Assembly (NCBI GenBank): GCA_963741525.1
Contig: CAVUIW010000002.1
Span: 77,284 to 141,283 of the forward strand
Direction of reading: 5' to 3'
Length of the DNA: 64,000 nucleotides
Source of the DNA: an uncultured Alphaproteobacteria bacterium
Lineage (GTDB): Bacteria > Pseudomonadota > Alphaproteobacteria > Rhizobiales > Hyphomicrobiaceae
In this document: one piece after another, positions 16,978-25,840 of the stretch
Numbering within the stretch: the first letter of the stretch is position 1
How the letters are laid out: every line of letters begins with the position of its first letter
Translations under genes and position numbers: made by a program
The notes under the pieces: generated by a model
What the model saw: only the letters and a program-made list of their open reading frames with translations
What the model was told of the DNA's origin: nothing
Databases searched by the model: none

Positions 16978-18636
16978 GTGGCGTACTCTGCAGCTTCCCC
17001 GCCGCCCCGCAAATCGCCACTGCCGCTCGCCGAGCGCCGCCGGGTGCTCGTGGCCTGGCTCGGGCTGATCGTGTCTTTCGGCCTCGTCGCCGGGCAGTTG
17101 GGTCGGCTCGCCATGCACGGTCAGGGGGTGACGACGGCGGCGCCGATCCAATCGATCGGTGCGACGCTCAGCCGGCCCGACATCGTCGACCGGCGCGGCC
17201 GGCTGCTCGCGACCGACATCGCCGCCCCCTCGATCTTTGCCGATCCAAGCGCCATCCTCGACCTCGACGAAACGGTCGAATCCCTGGCGAGCGTGCTCAA
17301 GGGCCTCGACCAGAAAAGGCTTCGCAAGGAGCTTTCCGACCGCACGAAGCACTTTGTCTGGGTCCGCCGCGCCGTGCATCCGGGCGATGCCAAGCTGGTG
17401 CACGAGCTGGGGCTTCCGGGCGTCTTCCAGCGTGAGGAGCTGCACCGCGTCTATCCGGCGGCCGAGCTGACCGGGCATGTGCTGGGCTTCACCGACATCG
17501 ACAATCGCGGCCAAGCCGGCATCGAGCGCATGATCGACGAGAAGGGTCTCGCCGAGCCCGCCGGTCTCGCTCTGACGCGGGCGCATCCGCCCGTCGGCCT
17601 ATCGCTCGATCTCTCCGTTCAACTCGGCCTCAACGAGGTGCTGAGCGGCGCGATGGCGGACTATCAGGCGACGGGCGCGGCCGGCATCGTACTCGACGTC
17701 GAGACCGGCGAGGTGCTGGCGCAGACCTCGCTTCCCGATTTCGCGGCGGGCCAGGCCAAGGCCGCGCAGGATCCCAAACGCGCCGACCGCATTGCCGGCG
17801 GCACCTACGAGCTCGGCTCCGTCTTCAAGACACTGACGCTCGCCATGGCGTACGATGCCGGCACCGCGCGTCCCGACAAGCAATACGACGCGACACGCCC
17901 GCTGAAGGTCAGCCGTTTCGAAATCGACGATCTCCACCCACAGCGCAAATGGCTGACGCCGGAAGAGGTGCTGCTCTACTCCTCCAACATCGGCGCGGCG
18001 CAGATGGCGCTGGAAGTCGGCGAGGCCGGGCAGCGGCAGTTCCTGAAGCGGCTCGGGTTGCTCGATCCGCTCGTGACGGAATTGGGCACCACGCCCGCTC
18101 CACAAGTGCCGAAGCAATGGGGCAAGGCGAGCGTGGTGACGATCGCCTATGGCCACGGCCTCGCGGTCACGCCCCTGCAGTTCGCCGCCGCGATCGCCGC
18201 GATCGCCAACGGCGGCAAGCGCGTCGTGCCGACCTATCTCAGGCGCGACGGACCCACCACCGATGGCCCGCGCGTGCTGTTGCGCAAGGCGACATCCAAG
18301 GAGCTGCTGCGCATCCTCGGCCTCAATGTCACCGATCCGCGCGGCACCGGCGGCCGGGCGAAGGTCGAAGGCTATGCCATCGGCGGCAAGACCGGCACTG
18401 CCGACATCGCCGGCCGTGGCGGCTATGGCGGCTCGGGCGTCGTCACCTCCTTCGTCGCCGTCTTCCCAGCCGATAAACCGCGCTATGTCACCTACCTCAT
18501 GCTGTTCGAGCCGAAGGCGACCGAAGCCTCGTCGGGCCAGCGCACGGCGGGTATGAACGCGGGACCGGCGACGGGAAAGCTCATCGAGCGCATTGCGCCG
18601 TTGTTGGGGCTGGTGCCAGCGCACGACGGGCCGTGA
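16978..18636 (+). CDS. ftsI: Peptidoglycan D,D-transpeptidase FtsI (PBP3)
   Basis: SxxK (GSVFKTLT), SxN (YSSNIG) and KTGT (GGKTGTA) motifs, an N-terminal anchor and the dcw context. Confidence 0.85.
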   Translation: MAYSAASPPPRKSPLPLAERRRVLVAWLGLIVSFGLVAGQLGRLAMHGQGVTTAAPIQSIGATLSRPDIVDRRGRLLATDIAAPSIFADPSAILDLDETVESLASVLKGLDQKRLRKELSDRTKHFVWVRRAVHPGDAKLVHELGLPGVFQREELHRVYPAAELTGHVLGFTDIDNRGQAGIERMIDEKGLAEPAGLALTRAHPPVGLSLDLSVQLGLNEVLSGAMADYQATGAAGIVLDVETGEVLAQTSLPDFAAGQAKAAQDPKRADRIAGGTYELGSVFKTLTLAMAYDAGTARPDKQYDATRPLKVSRFEIDDLHPQRKWLTPEEVLLYSSNIGAAQMALEVGEAGQRQFLKRLGLLDPLVTELGTTPAPQVPKQWGKASVVTIAYGHGLAVTPLQFAAAIAAIANGGKRVVPTYLRRDGPTTDGPRVLLRKATSKELLRILGLNVTDPRGTGGRAKVEGYAIGGKTGTADIAGRGGYGGSGVVTSFVAVFPADKPRYVTYLMLFEPKATEASSGQRTAGMNAGPATGKLIERIAPLLGLVPAHDGP

Positions 18637-18796
18637 CCGGCGCCGCAGCGTCGGTGCTCGCATGGCAGGCGTCCGTCGATCGGGCGGCTTCCGACCGAGC
18701 AGCACCTTGCTTGCGCGTGGCTTGTCCGCATAGTTTCGCAGCGCTCGTGACGCTGGCGCGGGACACGCGCTCCGCAATGCGAAAAGGCAATCTCCC

Positions 18797-19867
18797 ATGA
18801 AGCTCGGCCTGTTCAGCTTGATGATCCAGCCGGATGCGGCGACGACCCCACGCCAGGTGCTCGAAAACACGCGCCTGATGGTCGAGGGCGCCGAGCAAGC
18901 GGGTTTCGACACCGCCTGGTTCGCCGAACACCATTTCACGAATTATTCGATCTGCCCCTCGCCGCTCATGATGGCGGCCTACGCGGCGGGTTTCACCTCG
19001 CGCATCAAGCTCGGCACGGCGGTGGTCGTGCTGCCGTTCTATCACATCCTGCGCGTCGTCGAGGAGATCGGCCTGCTCGATGTGCAGTCGAACGGCCGCG
19101 CCGTGATCGGGCTCGGCTACGGCTATCAGCAGCACGAGTTCGACCGCTTCGGCCGCCACTCGAAAGACAAGGTCGAGATCGCGCTCGAAGCCTTCGACAT
19201 CGTCGATCAGGCGCTCGAAACCGGCGAGGTGGAGTTCAGGGGCAAGCACTACGATATCCCGAAGTGCCAGCTCTCCATCCGCCCGATGCACGTGCCGGAT
19301 ATCTACGTCACGGGGCTCGAGCCGGTGATCCTGCAGCGCATCGCCAAGTCCGGCTATACGCCTTACTACAGCTACGGCAATGCCGGCATCGACTTCGCTA
19401 TTTCCACCCGCAAGCATATCGATAATCAGTACAAGATCGCTGGCGTCGATCCAGCGCGGTCGCCGCTCTGCGTCAATCACAGCGTCTTCGTCACCGAGGA
19501 CAAGGCGCTGGCTCTGAGGGCCACCGAGGGCGTGCGCGAGATCGCCCGGATCGTCAACGCCATGCGCGCGAACAATTTTGCGCTCGATGGATACTTCGTG
19601 AAAGCGCCGCCCTACAAGGACGAGCCGCCGCTCGATACCATGATGAGCAACGTCGCCGTCGGCGATCCTCACCATGTGGCCGAGGTGCTGGTCAACGCCA
19701 TCAAGGTGCTCGGCACCACGCATCTCGGCTGTTTCATGCTGTACCCGACCGTCACCGGCAAGCAGGCCCGCCGCTCGCTGGACTTGTTCGCGGAGAAGGT
19801 CGTGCCGCTGATGGAAAAGGCGCTGGGAAGGCCGTTGGCGGAGGTCAATGCGGAGCGGGAAGGTTGA
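18797..19867 (+). CDS. LLM-class (luciferase-like) flavin-dependent oxidoreductase
   Basis: MKLGLFSLM...AEQAGFDTAWFAEHHFTNYS is a typical LLM N-terminus. 356 aa. Confidence 0.75.
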   Translation: MKLGLFSLMIQPDAATTPRQVLENTRLMVEGAEQAGFDTAWFAEHHFTNYSICPSPLMMAAYAAGFTSRIKLGTAVVVLPFYHILRVVEEIGLLDVQSNGRAVIGLGYGYQQHEFDRFGRHSKDKVEIALEAFDIVDQALETGEVEFRGKHYDIPKCQLSIRPMHVPDIYVTGLEPVILQRIAKSGYTPYYSYGNAGIDFAISTRKHIDNQYKIAGVDPARSPLCVNHSVFVTEDKALALRATEGVREIARIVNAMRANNFALDGYFVKAPPYKDEPPLDTMMSNVAVGDPHHVAEVLVNAIKVLGTTHLGCFMLYPTVTGKQARRSLDLFAEKVVPLMEKALGRPLAEVNAEREG

Positions 19868-19937
19868 TGGCTAGCCACAAAGGAAATCGTTGCAAGTGCC
19901 GGCACCTGAAGGGCATCCTGCCAGTCGCCCACGTCAC

Positions 19938-20043
19938 CTAGAGCCCTTTCCGACCAAGTGGATACCGGTTGGTCGAAAGAAAGTGCTCAAAGCCAATAAC
20001 TTATACCGGCTTTCCGATTCCGAAGGATCGGAAAACGGTCTAG
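19938..20043 (+). repeat. CTAG-delimited double-hairpin intergenic repeat, copy A (diverged)
   Basis: ctagag...aagtggataccggtt...gtgctcaaagcc...ccgattccgaaggatcgg...ctag. The architecture matches copies at 23608 and 43149: two stem-loops, and one frame translates as ..KWxPVxRKxxLK... Confidence 0.6.
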
Positions 20044-20045
20044 CG

Positions 20046-20897
20046 TTACTTCAACAGCAGCAGCGGACACTCGAGCGTGCGGGCGAGCGTCTTCAGCTCC
20101 TGCTCACGGGCGCGGATCAGCCGGCCGAGATGGGCGATGGCAAACCCGCTGCCGAAGCGGATGACGGCCTCGGCGAGGATGCCGGCCGAGCCGCGACCGG
20201 CGGTGGCGCGCGAGATCAGCGCATGCGCAAACGTCACCGGCAACGCGGGATGCAGGAGGCGCTCGGCCCCACTGTGTAGGGCTTCGATGTGCTCCCGCGT
20301 ATCGGCGACAAGCAGCAGCACGATGCCTGGATGATGATCGAGCCGCAGCCGCTCGGCGTAGCCCAAGAGCGGCAGGATGCGCGCCGCCTCCTCGACCGCG
20401 ACGACGATCGGCCCGCGCGAACGCTGCGCCCGTGGCCCCGTGATGAGCACGCCGGCAACCTCGTCCACCTCGTTCAGGATGTGCGATAGGCGGGCCGCTT
20501 CGGTGGCGCTCAAGGGCTCGCCCGAGGCGATGAGCGTGCCTGCCTCGAAGGGACCAGAGATTGCCTCGTCGGCGTCGCCTGCGACGATGGCGAAATCGAG
20601 CTCGATGCCAGCCTGTCGCGCAAGCTCGCGCAGCTCGCGATGGACGGACGCCGTTGCCAATCTCAGGTCGTGCTCGAGCCGCTCGCGCGTGAGCTCGCCT
20701 CCCGGGCGGCCGGTCAGCGTCACTTCGCGCACGCAGGACAGCGCCGCGACCGACATCAGCTCGCTGCTCTCCAGAAAGACGCCGGAGAGGCGCTTGTCCA
20801 GCGCGCGCGCGGCATTGACCGCTGCCTCCAATGCCAACCGGCTCGGCGCGGCCGAGCGCAATCGCAAGACGATTTTCGTGGGTGTTGCCGTGCTCAC
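20046..20897 (-). CDS. Hypothetical 283-aa protein translationally coupled to the Lon-like protease
   Basis: The GTG start overlaps the Lon-like stop (GTGA at 20894-20897). Coding character is good and no motif was recognised. Confidence 0.55.
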   Translation of the reverse strand: MSTATPTKIVLRLRSAAPSRLALEAAVNAARALDKRLSGVFLESSELMSVAALSCVREVTLTGRPGGELTRERLEHDLRLATASVHRELRELARQAGIELDFAIVAGDADEAISGPFEAGTLIASGEPLSATEAARLSHILNEVDEVAGVLITGPRAQRSRGPIVVAVEEAARILPLLGYAERLRLDHHPGIVLLLVADTREHIEALHSGAERLLHPALPVTFAHALISRATAGRGSAGILAEAVIRFGSGFAIAHLGRLIRAREQELKTLARTLECPLLLLK

Positions 20898-23362
20898 GAG
20901 CTGTTCCTGTCGGTGTCGGACTTGGCGAGAAACTCGTGCCGGGCCAAGGCGAAGGAGCGCAACTTCGCCTCGACGCGGCCGTTGATGCTGTCCTTTGGGA
21001 ACTTACCATCTTTCTCGCGCTGGCCGGCGGGAAGGCCCGTCAGGATCTCGATGCCTTCGTCGATGGAGGCGACGGCATGGATGCGGAACTGGCCTTGGCG
21101 CGCCGCCTCGACCACATCCTCCCGCAGCATCAGATGCTGGACATTCGCCGCCGGGATCAGCACGCCTTGCTCGCCGGTCATGCCCTTGAGCTTGCAAACG
21201 TCGAAGAAGCCCTCGATCTTCTCGTTGGCGCCGCCGATCGCCTGCACCTCGCCCAGCTGATTGACCGAGCCGGTGACCGCATAGCCCTGCTTGATGGGGG
21301 TCTCGGCGAGCGCCGACAGCAGCGCATAGAGCTCGGCGGACGACGCGCTGTCGCCGTCGACACCGCCATAGGACTGCTCGAAGACGAGGCTCGCCGCCAT
21401 GGCGAGCGGCACATCCTCGGCGTAGCGGCCGGCCAGATACCCCCACAAGATCATCACGCCCTTTGAGTGGAGCGGACCGCCGAGCTCCACCTCGCGCTCG
21501 ATGTCGGTCACCTTGCCAGCCCCCAGGCGAACACGCGCCGTAATTCGGCTCGGACGCCCGAATGCGAAGTTGCCGACCGACAACACGCTGAGCCCGTTGA
21601 TCTGCCCGATTTTGGAGCCTGCCACATCGAGCAGCATGATCTCGCGCGCAAAGCCTTCCTGTGTCCGGTCGCGCGCCCTATCGGCCCGCTGGATCTGCTC
21701 GTCGACCGCCTGGCTGACGTCGGCGCGCCCGATGACGCTCCGCCCTGCTTCCGCCGCCCAGAAATCTGCCTCCCGCACGATGTCGGCGATCTTGCCGATT
21801 TCGATCGACATCTTCTCGCTGTCGTCGGCGATGCGGGAGGCCTGCTCGATGAGGCGGGCGACACCCGAGGCATCGACATGGCGGACGCCGTGCATGGCCA
21901 CGATCGAGGAGATCATACGGGCATAGTCGACGAAGTTCTTGTCGTTGCGGTCGATCGTCTCGTCGAAATCGGCCTGCACCTTGAAGACGCGCGAGAAGTC
22001 GGGATCGGCCTGCATCAGCATGTAGTAGAGCTGCCGGTCGCCGAACAGGATGACTTTCACGTTGAGCGGGATCGGGTCGGGCTGCAGCGACTGCGTCGAG
22101 ACGAGCCCCATGCTCTCGGCGGGGGCTTCGACTCGGATCTCGCGTGACTTGAGCGCGCGCTTCAGCGCCTCATAAGCGAAGGGGCTGGTCAGGAGCTTCC
22201 TCGCATCGAGCAGCAGATAGCCGCCATTGGCGCGATGCAGTGCGCCGGGACGGATCAGCAGGAAGTCCGTCAACAGCGCGCCCATGCGCGAGATGTGCTC
22301 GATCCGGCCGATGAGATTGCCGTGCGTCGGGTTGATCTCCTCGACGATCGGCGCACCGGGGCTGTCGTGGCCGTCGCCGACCATGACGTTCACCATGTAG
22401 CGGCGGAAGCGCACGTCGTGCTCGGCGTCGACGACCTGCGCCACCATCTGGCTCTGCTGCTCATCGTCCTCGCCATGGCCGAGGAACACGCCGACATTGC
22501 GGATGAAATCCTTGCGGACGCCAATCAGGTGGGCCTCGACCTCGTCGAGATCGGCGAACTCGTGCTCGACATCGCCGATGGCCTGGCGGACGACGATCTC
22601 GGCCATCTCCTCGTTGAGGGCCTGGAGGGCGCTGCGATGGTCCTTCTGGGCCTTCGGCATTTGCTCGAGGACGGCCTCGAGCTCGCGCTGGAGGGTTACG
22701 ATCTTTGCCTCGAAAGCGTCCTTCACCTCCTGCGCCAGGGTCTCGTAGACCTCTGGCTTGATGACCTTGCCCTCGTGCATCGGGGCCATGGCGAAGCCGG
22801 TGGGGGTGCGCAGCAGCGCGATCCCCTCGGCCTTGGCCTTCTCGTTGAGCGCGTCGAATGCCCCTTCCTGGCCGCTGCGGATGCGCTCGTCGATGGCCCG
22901 GCGGCGGCTCTGGTATTCGTCGCTCTCGAACATGGCGGGGAGAGCGGTTTTCAGCTCCTCGACCGTCTCCACCATCGTCCGGGCGAGGCGTTGCGCGCGG
23001 CCCGCCGGCAGGCGGATGGCTTTGGGTTTCTCCGGATCGGTGAAGTTGTTGACGTAAACCCAGTCGCCCGGTGCCGGCTCGCTGGCGGCCTTCTCCGTCA
23101 GGTAGGACTGGACGGCCGTGCTCTTGCCGCTCTCCGGGGGGCCAAGAACGAACAGATTGAAATCGCTTTGCCGGATACCGATGCCGAAGCGGATGGCGCG
23201 CAGCGCCCGGTCCTGACCGATGAGGCCGCGCACGGGCTCGACCTCGGCGGTCGTCTGGAAGCCGAGCTGCCCCGGGTCGAAAGTGCGGCGCAGCCTCTCG
23301 ACCGGTACGATGGTCGACTTCGCAGGGTCGCTCTTCTTCGTGCCGCGGTTCTTGAACAACAT
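20894..23362 (-). CDS. Lon-like (S16) protease with an AAA-like domain carrying a long helical insertion
   Basis: Walker A VLGPPESGKST. The Walker-B-like segment GGYLLLDARK has D-A rather than D-E. The C-terminal Lon protease domain has DGDSASSAE (Ser) and IGGANEKIEGFF (Lys). Confidence 0.85.
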   Translation of the reverse strand: MLFKNRGTKKSDPAKSTIVPVERLRRTFDPGQLGFQTTAEVEPVRGLIGQDRALRAIRFGIGIRQSDFNLFVLGPPESGKSTAVQSYLTEKAASEPAPGDWVYVNNFTDPEKPKAIRLPAGRAQRLARTMVETVEELKTALPAMFESDEYQSRRRAIDERIRSGQEGAFDALNEKAKAEGIALLRTPTGFAMAPMHEGKVIKPEVYETLAQEVKDAFEAKIVTLQRELEAVLEQMPKAQKDHRSALQALNEEMAEIVVRQAIGDVEHEFADLDEVEAHLIGVRKDFIRNVGVFLGHGEDDEQQSQMVAQVVDAEHDVRFRRYMVNVMVGDGHDSPGAPIVEEINPTHGNLIGRIEHISRMGALLTDFLLIRPGALHRANGGYLLLDARKLLTSPFAYEALKRALKSREIRVEAPAESMGLVSTQSLQPDPIPLNVKVILFGDRQLYYMLMQADPDFSRVFKVQADFDETIDRNDKNFVDYARMISSIVAMHGVRHVDASGVARLIEQASRIADDSEKMSIEIGKIADIVREADFWAAEAGRSVIGRADVSQAVDEQIQRADRARDRTQEGFAREIMLLDVAGSKIGQINGLSVLSVGNFAFGRPSRITARVRLGAGKVTDIEREVELGGPLHSKGVMILWGYLAGRYAEDVPLAMAASLVFEQSYGGVDGDSASSAELYALLSALAETPIKQGYAVTGSVNQLGEVQAIGGANEKIEGFFDVCKLKGMTGEQGVLIPAANVQHLMLREDVVEAARQGQFRIHAVASIDEGIEILTGLPAGQREKDGKFPKDSINGRVEAKLRSFALARHEFLAKSDTDRNSS

Positions 23363-23385
23363 ACCTTGTGCCCTTGGATGAGCCT

Positions 23386-23550
23386 GTGTGGCGTCGCGCC
23401 ATAGTTGACCACTATCGCTGCCCGGTCCCTAGTCAACAATGGCGCGATGAACGCCACACTAAGCCCATGATTTTTCTAGTGGCCCTTATGTAGCGCCAAA
23501 ATCGAACGGACGCCCGGCATGCATGCGATTTTGGCGCGACGGGCCACTAG
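23386..23550 (+). mobile_element. 165-nt MITE/REPIN-like composite palindromic element, copy i
   Basis: The termini gtgtggcgtcgcgcc ... ggcgcgacgggccactag are inverted repeats. Internally there are two hairpins: X at 23386-23459 and Y at 23476-23550 (ctagtggccc...gggccactag). The element starts 24 nt upstream of the Lon-like start codon. Confidence 0.7.
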
Positions 23551-23607
23551 TTGCCCGGCGACTTGCTCCCCACTAACGTTCGGGGGCGGGCCGGGCTCGC
23601 CAGCAGA

Positions 23608-23714
23608 TTAGAGCACGTTCAGGCAAAGTGGAAACCGGTTTGCCGCAAGAACGTGCTCAAAACCAAGACTTCTAGAGCGGGTTCTTGATTCCGGTCGGAC
23701 TGAACCCGCACTAG
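23608..23714 (+). repeat. CTAG-delimited double-hairpin intergenic repeat, copy B
   Basis: Stem 1 is gagcacgttc...gaacgtgctc and stem 2 is agagcgggttc...gaacccgc. By eye it is roughly 90 percent identical to the reverse complement of 43149-43252. Confidence 0.8.
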
Positions 23715-23729
23715 AAGTGTGGCCTCGCC

Positions 23730-24251
23730 TTGGAAAGCCGAGGTGTCGGAGCGGTTGTCATGGTCGTAATCAACACACCACGCGCTTCGCCGCTGATTGA
23801 TGGCCGCCAGTCGGAGCGGGCGCTCGCCATCTGCCGCGGCACCCGCCGTCTGTTGTCCTCATTCGGCATGGCAAGTCTCACGGAACTCGCGCTCGCCGGC
23901 GGCCGCCGGGCCGATATCGCGGCACTCTCATCCGCCGGCGACATCTGGATCGTCGAGATCAAATCCTCGATCGAGGACTTTCGCGCCGACCAGAAATGGC
24001 CCGACTATCTCGATTGGAGCGATCGCTTTTTCTTCGCGGTCAACCGCGAATTCCCAATCGACGTGCTGCCGCCCGACACGGGACTCGTGATCGCCGACGG
24101 CTATGGCGCCGAGATCATCCGCCCCGCGCCCGAGAGCCGGTTGGCCGGCGCCCGGCGCAAGGCCGTCACGTTGAGGTTTGCCCAGACAGCGGCCGATCGG
24201 CTGCATGTGATGTGGGACCCGGACGGGGGTCCGGCAGGCGGATTGTCTTAA
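23730..24251 (+). CDS. MmcB-like PD-(D/E)xK nuclease-fold DNA repair protein (DUF2161-like)
   Basis: GRRADIAALSSAGDIWIVEIKSSIEDFRADQKWPDYLDWSDRFFFAV resembles the MmcB family core (D..EIK). The start may be at 23760. Confidence 0.6.
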   Translation: MESRGVGAVVMVVINTPRASPLIDGRQSERALAICRGTRRLLSSFGMASLTELALAGGRRADIAALSSAGDIWIVEIKSSIEDFRADQKWPDYLDWSDRFFFAVNREFPIDVLPPDTGLVIADGYGAEIIRPAPESRLAGARRKAVTLRFAQTAADRLHVMWDPDGGPAGGLS

Positions 24252-24260
24252 GGCCGGCGC

Positions 24261-24328
24261 TTGAGCATGCTGCGATTAAATGGAATCCGGTTAATCGCGA
24301 AAGCATGCGACCAAACAATGACCTAGAG
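24261..24328 (+). repeat. Half copy (first hairpin only) of the double-hairpin repeat, copy C
   Basis: The stem is ttgagcatgctgcg...cgcgaaagcatgc, it contains aaatggaatccggtt, and it ends in cctagag. Confidence 0.55.
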
Positions 24329-24400
24329 CACTACACACATCGCCAAGGCCAAATGACACGTCACGTCCGCCGGCAAGCGGTCCGGTGCGTTCCCCACTTT

Positions 24401-24447
24401 TTGCGTTCCCGGAAGCCGCGCCACCGCGCGGCTATCCGGGATCTTCG
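24401..24447 (+). repeat. 47-nt GC-rich hairpin repeat, copy 1
   Basis: ttgcgttcccggaagccgcgccaccgcgcggctatccgggatcttcg is nearly the exact reverse complement of 41616-41662. Confidence 0.75.
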
Positions 24448-24520
24448 CCCCTCGCCGTCTGATGCGCGGCGGTAACCATTCATAACCCTCTGCCCGCATA
24501 AGCTCACCGAACAGATCGCG

Positions 24521-24959
24521 CTACGTCGGATTATCCTTCTCGATCAACTGGATTTTCCAATCTCGCCGCCAACGCTTCATTGCGCGCTCGCGCTGCGCGG
24601 CGACTACAGCATCATCATGTGCCTCGTAGTAGACTAGTGGCCCGTCGCGCCTAAATCGCATCATGGCCGCGAGCGCATTCAATTCAGGCGCGACAAAAGG
24701 GCCACTAGCACGTCCATAGGCTTAGTGTGGCGTTCATCGCGCCTTAGTTGACACGAGCCTAACCGCAGCACTGGTCAACTAAGGCGCGACGCCACACGAG
24801 CCGGTCGACCCAGTATTTCTTGGTGAAACCATCCATCAAGCGCTCTCGGTGCTGGGTGGCTCGGACGACGAGGTCGCTCGTCATGCCGACATAGAGCACG
24901 CGGCGCGGGCCACTCGCTGTGATGTAGACCCAGTAGGTCTTGGCGAAATCAGACTGCAT
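24521..24959 (-). pseudogene. Small GIY-YIG nuclease gene split by a 163-nt palindromic element
   Basis: The N-terminal part 24959..24798 encodes MQSDFAKTYWVYITASGPRRVLYVGMTSDLVVRATQHRERLMDGFTKKYWVDRL (54 codons). The C-terminal part 24634..24521 encodes VYYEAHDDAVVAAQRERAMKRWRRDWKIQLIEKDNPT plus a stop. Deleting 24635-24797 restores one in-frame 91-aa GIY-YIG protein. Confidence 0.8.
24635..24797 (-). mobile_element. 163-nt MITE/REPIN-like composite element, copy ii, inserted in the GIY-YIG gene
   Basis: It matches copy i (23386-23550) in the opposite orientation. The termini are tagtggcccgtcgcgcc ... ggcgcgacgccacac. The hairpins are Y at 24634-24708 and X at 24725-24797, and the spacer is similar (taagcc[c/t]atg). 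Confidence 0.75.
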
Positions 24960-25220
24960 CGGCATACCGACCCAATCCGTTCCAGATGAAGACCCCGGCT
25001 CTGCGCGCGGCCGGCGACGCCAGCTACGTTGCAGCCGGGGACGCAAGTGGGGAGGGTGGGGCAAGCCACGGATAGCGGCAAGTGTGAAGGCCGGGGACGG
25101 CGAGCTACGGCTTGCGAACCGATCCGCGTGTCCAAAGCCGGAGACCCTGCATTTTTCGCTCTTGGGGATGCAGGCTACGGGATCAGCTTGCCGACAGCCA
25201 ATGGTCGGAACACGGTCTAG

Positions 25221-25778
25221 TTACTTCGGCGCCCGCTTGGCGAGGATGCGCTGCAGCGTGCGGCGATGCATGTTGAGCCTTCGCGCCGTTTCCGAGACAT
25301 TGCGGTTGCAGAGTTCGTAGACGCGCTGGATGTGCTCCCAGCGGACCCGATCCGCCGACATGGGGTTCTCTGGCGGCTCGGCCTTCTGGTCGGTGCGCGC
25401 CAGCAGCGCGTTGCAGATGTCGTCGGCATCGGCGGGCTTCGAAAGATAGTCGACGGCGCCGATCTTCACGGCCGTGACGGCGGTTGCGATGTTGCCGTAG
25501 CCGGTCAGCACGACGGCCCTGGCCTCCGGGCGCGCACGCGACAGCTCCTCGATGACGTCGAGGCCGTTGCCGTCCTCGAGCCGCATGTCGACGACCGCGA
25601 AGGCCGGCGCTTTCTCGCGGATCATGGTGTGTGCCTCTGCAATCGAGGCCGCCATGCGCACGTCGAAGCCTCTCAGCTCCATGGCGCGCCCGAGGCGCGT
25701 CAAGAAGGGCCTGTCGTCGTCGACGAGAAGCAGGGTGTGGTCGGCCGGCAGATCGGCAATCGGGGTCACTTCACTCAC
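25221..25778 (-). CDS. regA: Redox response regulator RegA/PrrA/ActR
   Basis: A receiver domain (LLLVDDD ... VVDMRLEDGNG) plus the invariant C-terminal HTH NVSETARRLNMHRRTLQRILAKRAPK. The GTG at 25778 is preceded by AGGAGGA. Confidence 0.9.
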   Translation of the reverse strand: MSEVTPIADLPADHTLLLVDDDRPFLTRLGRAMELRGFDVRMAASIAEAHTMIREKAPAFAVVDMRLEDGNGLDVIEELSRARPEARAVVLTGYGNIATAVTAVKIGAVDYLSKPADADDICNALLARTDQKAEPPENPMSADRVRWEHIQRVYELCNRNVSETARRLNMHRRTLQRILAKRAPK

Positions 25779-25840
25779 GCGATCCTCCTGTTGCGCTGCA
25801 TCATAGCCAAGGCGGGGGCCCGTGGCCAAGGGGGGGCTCG

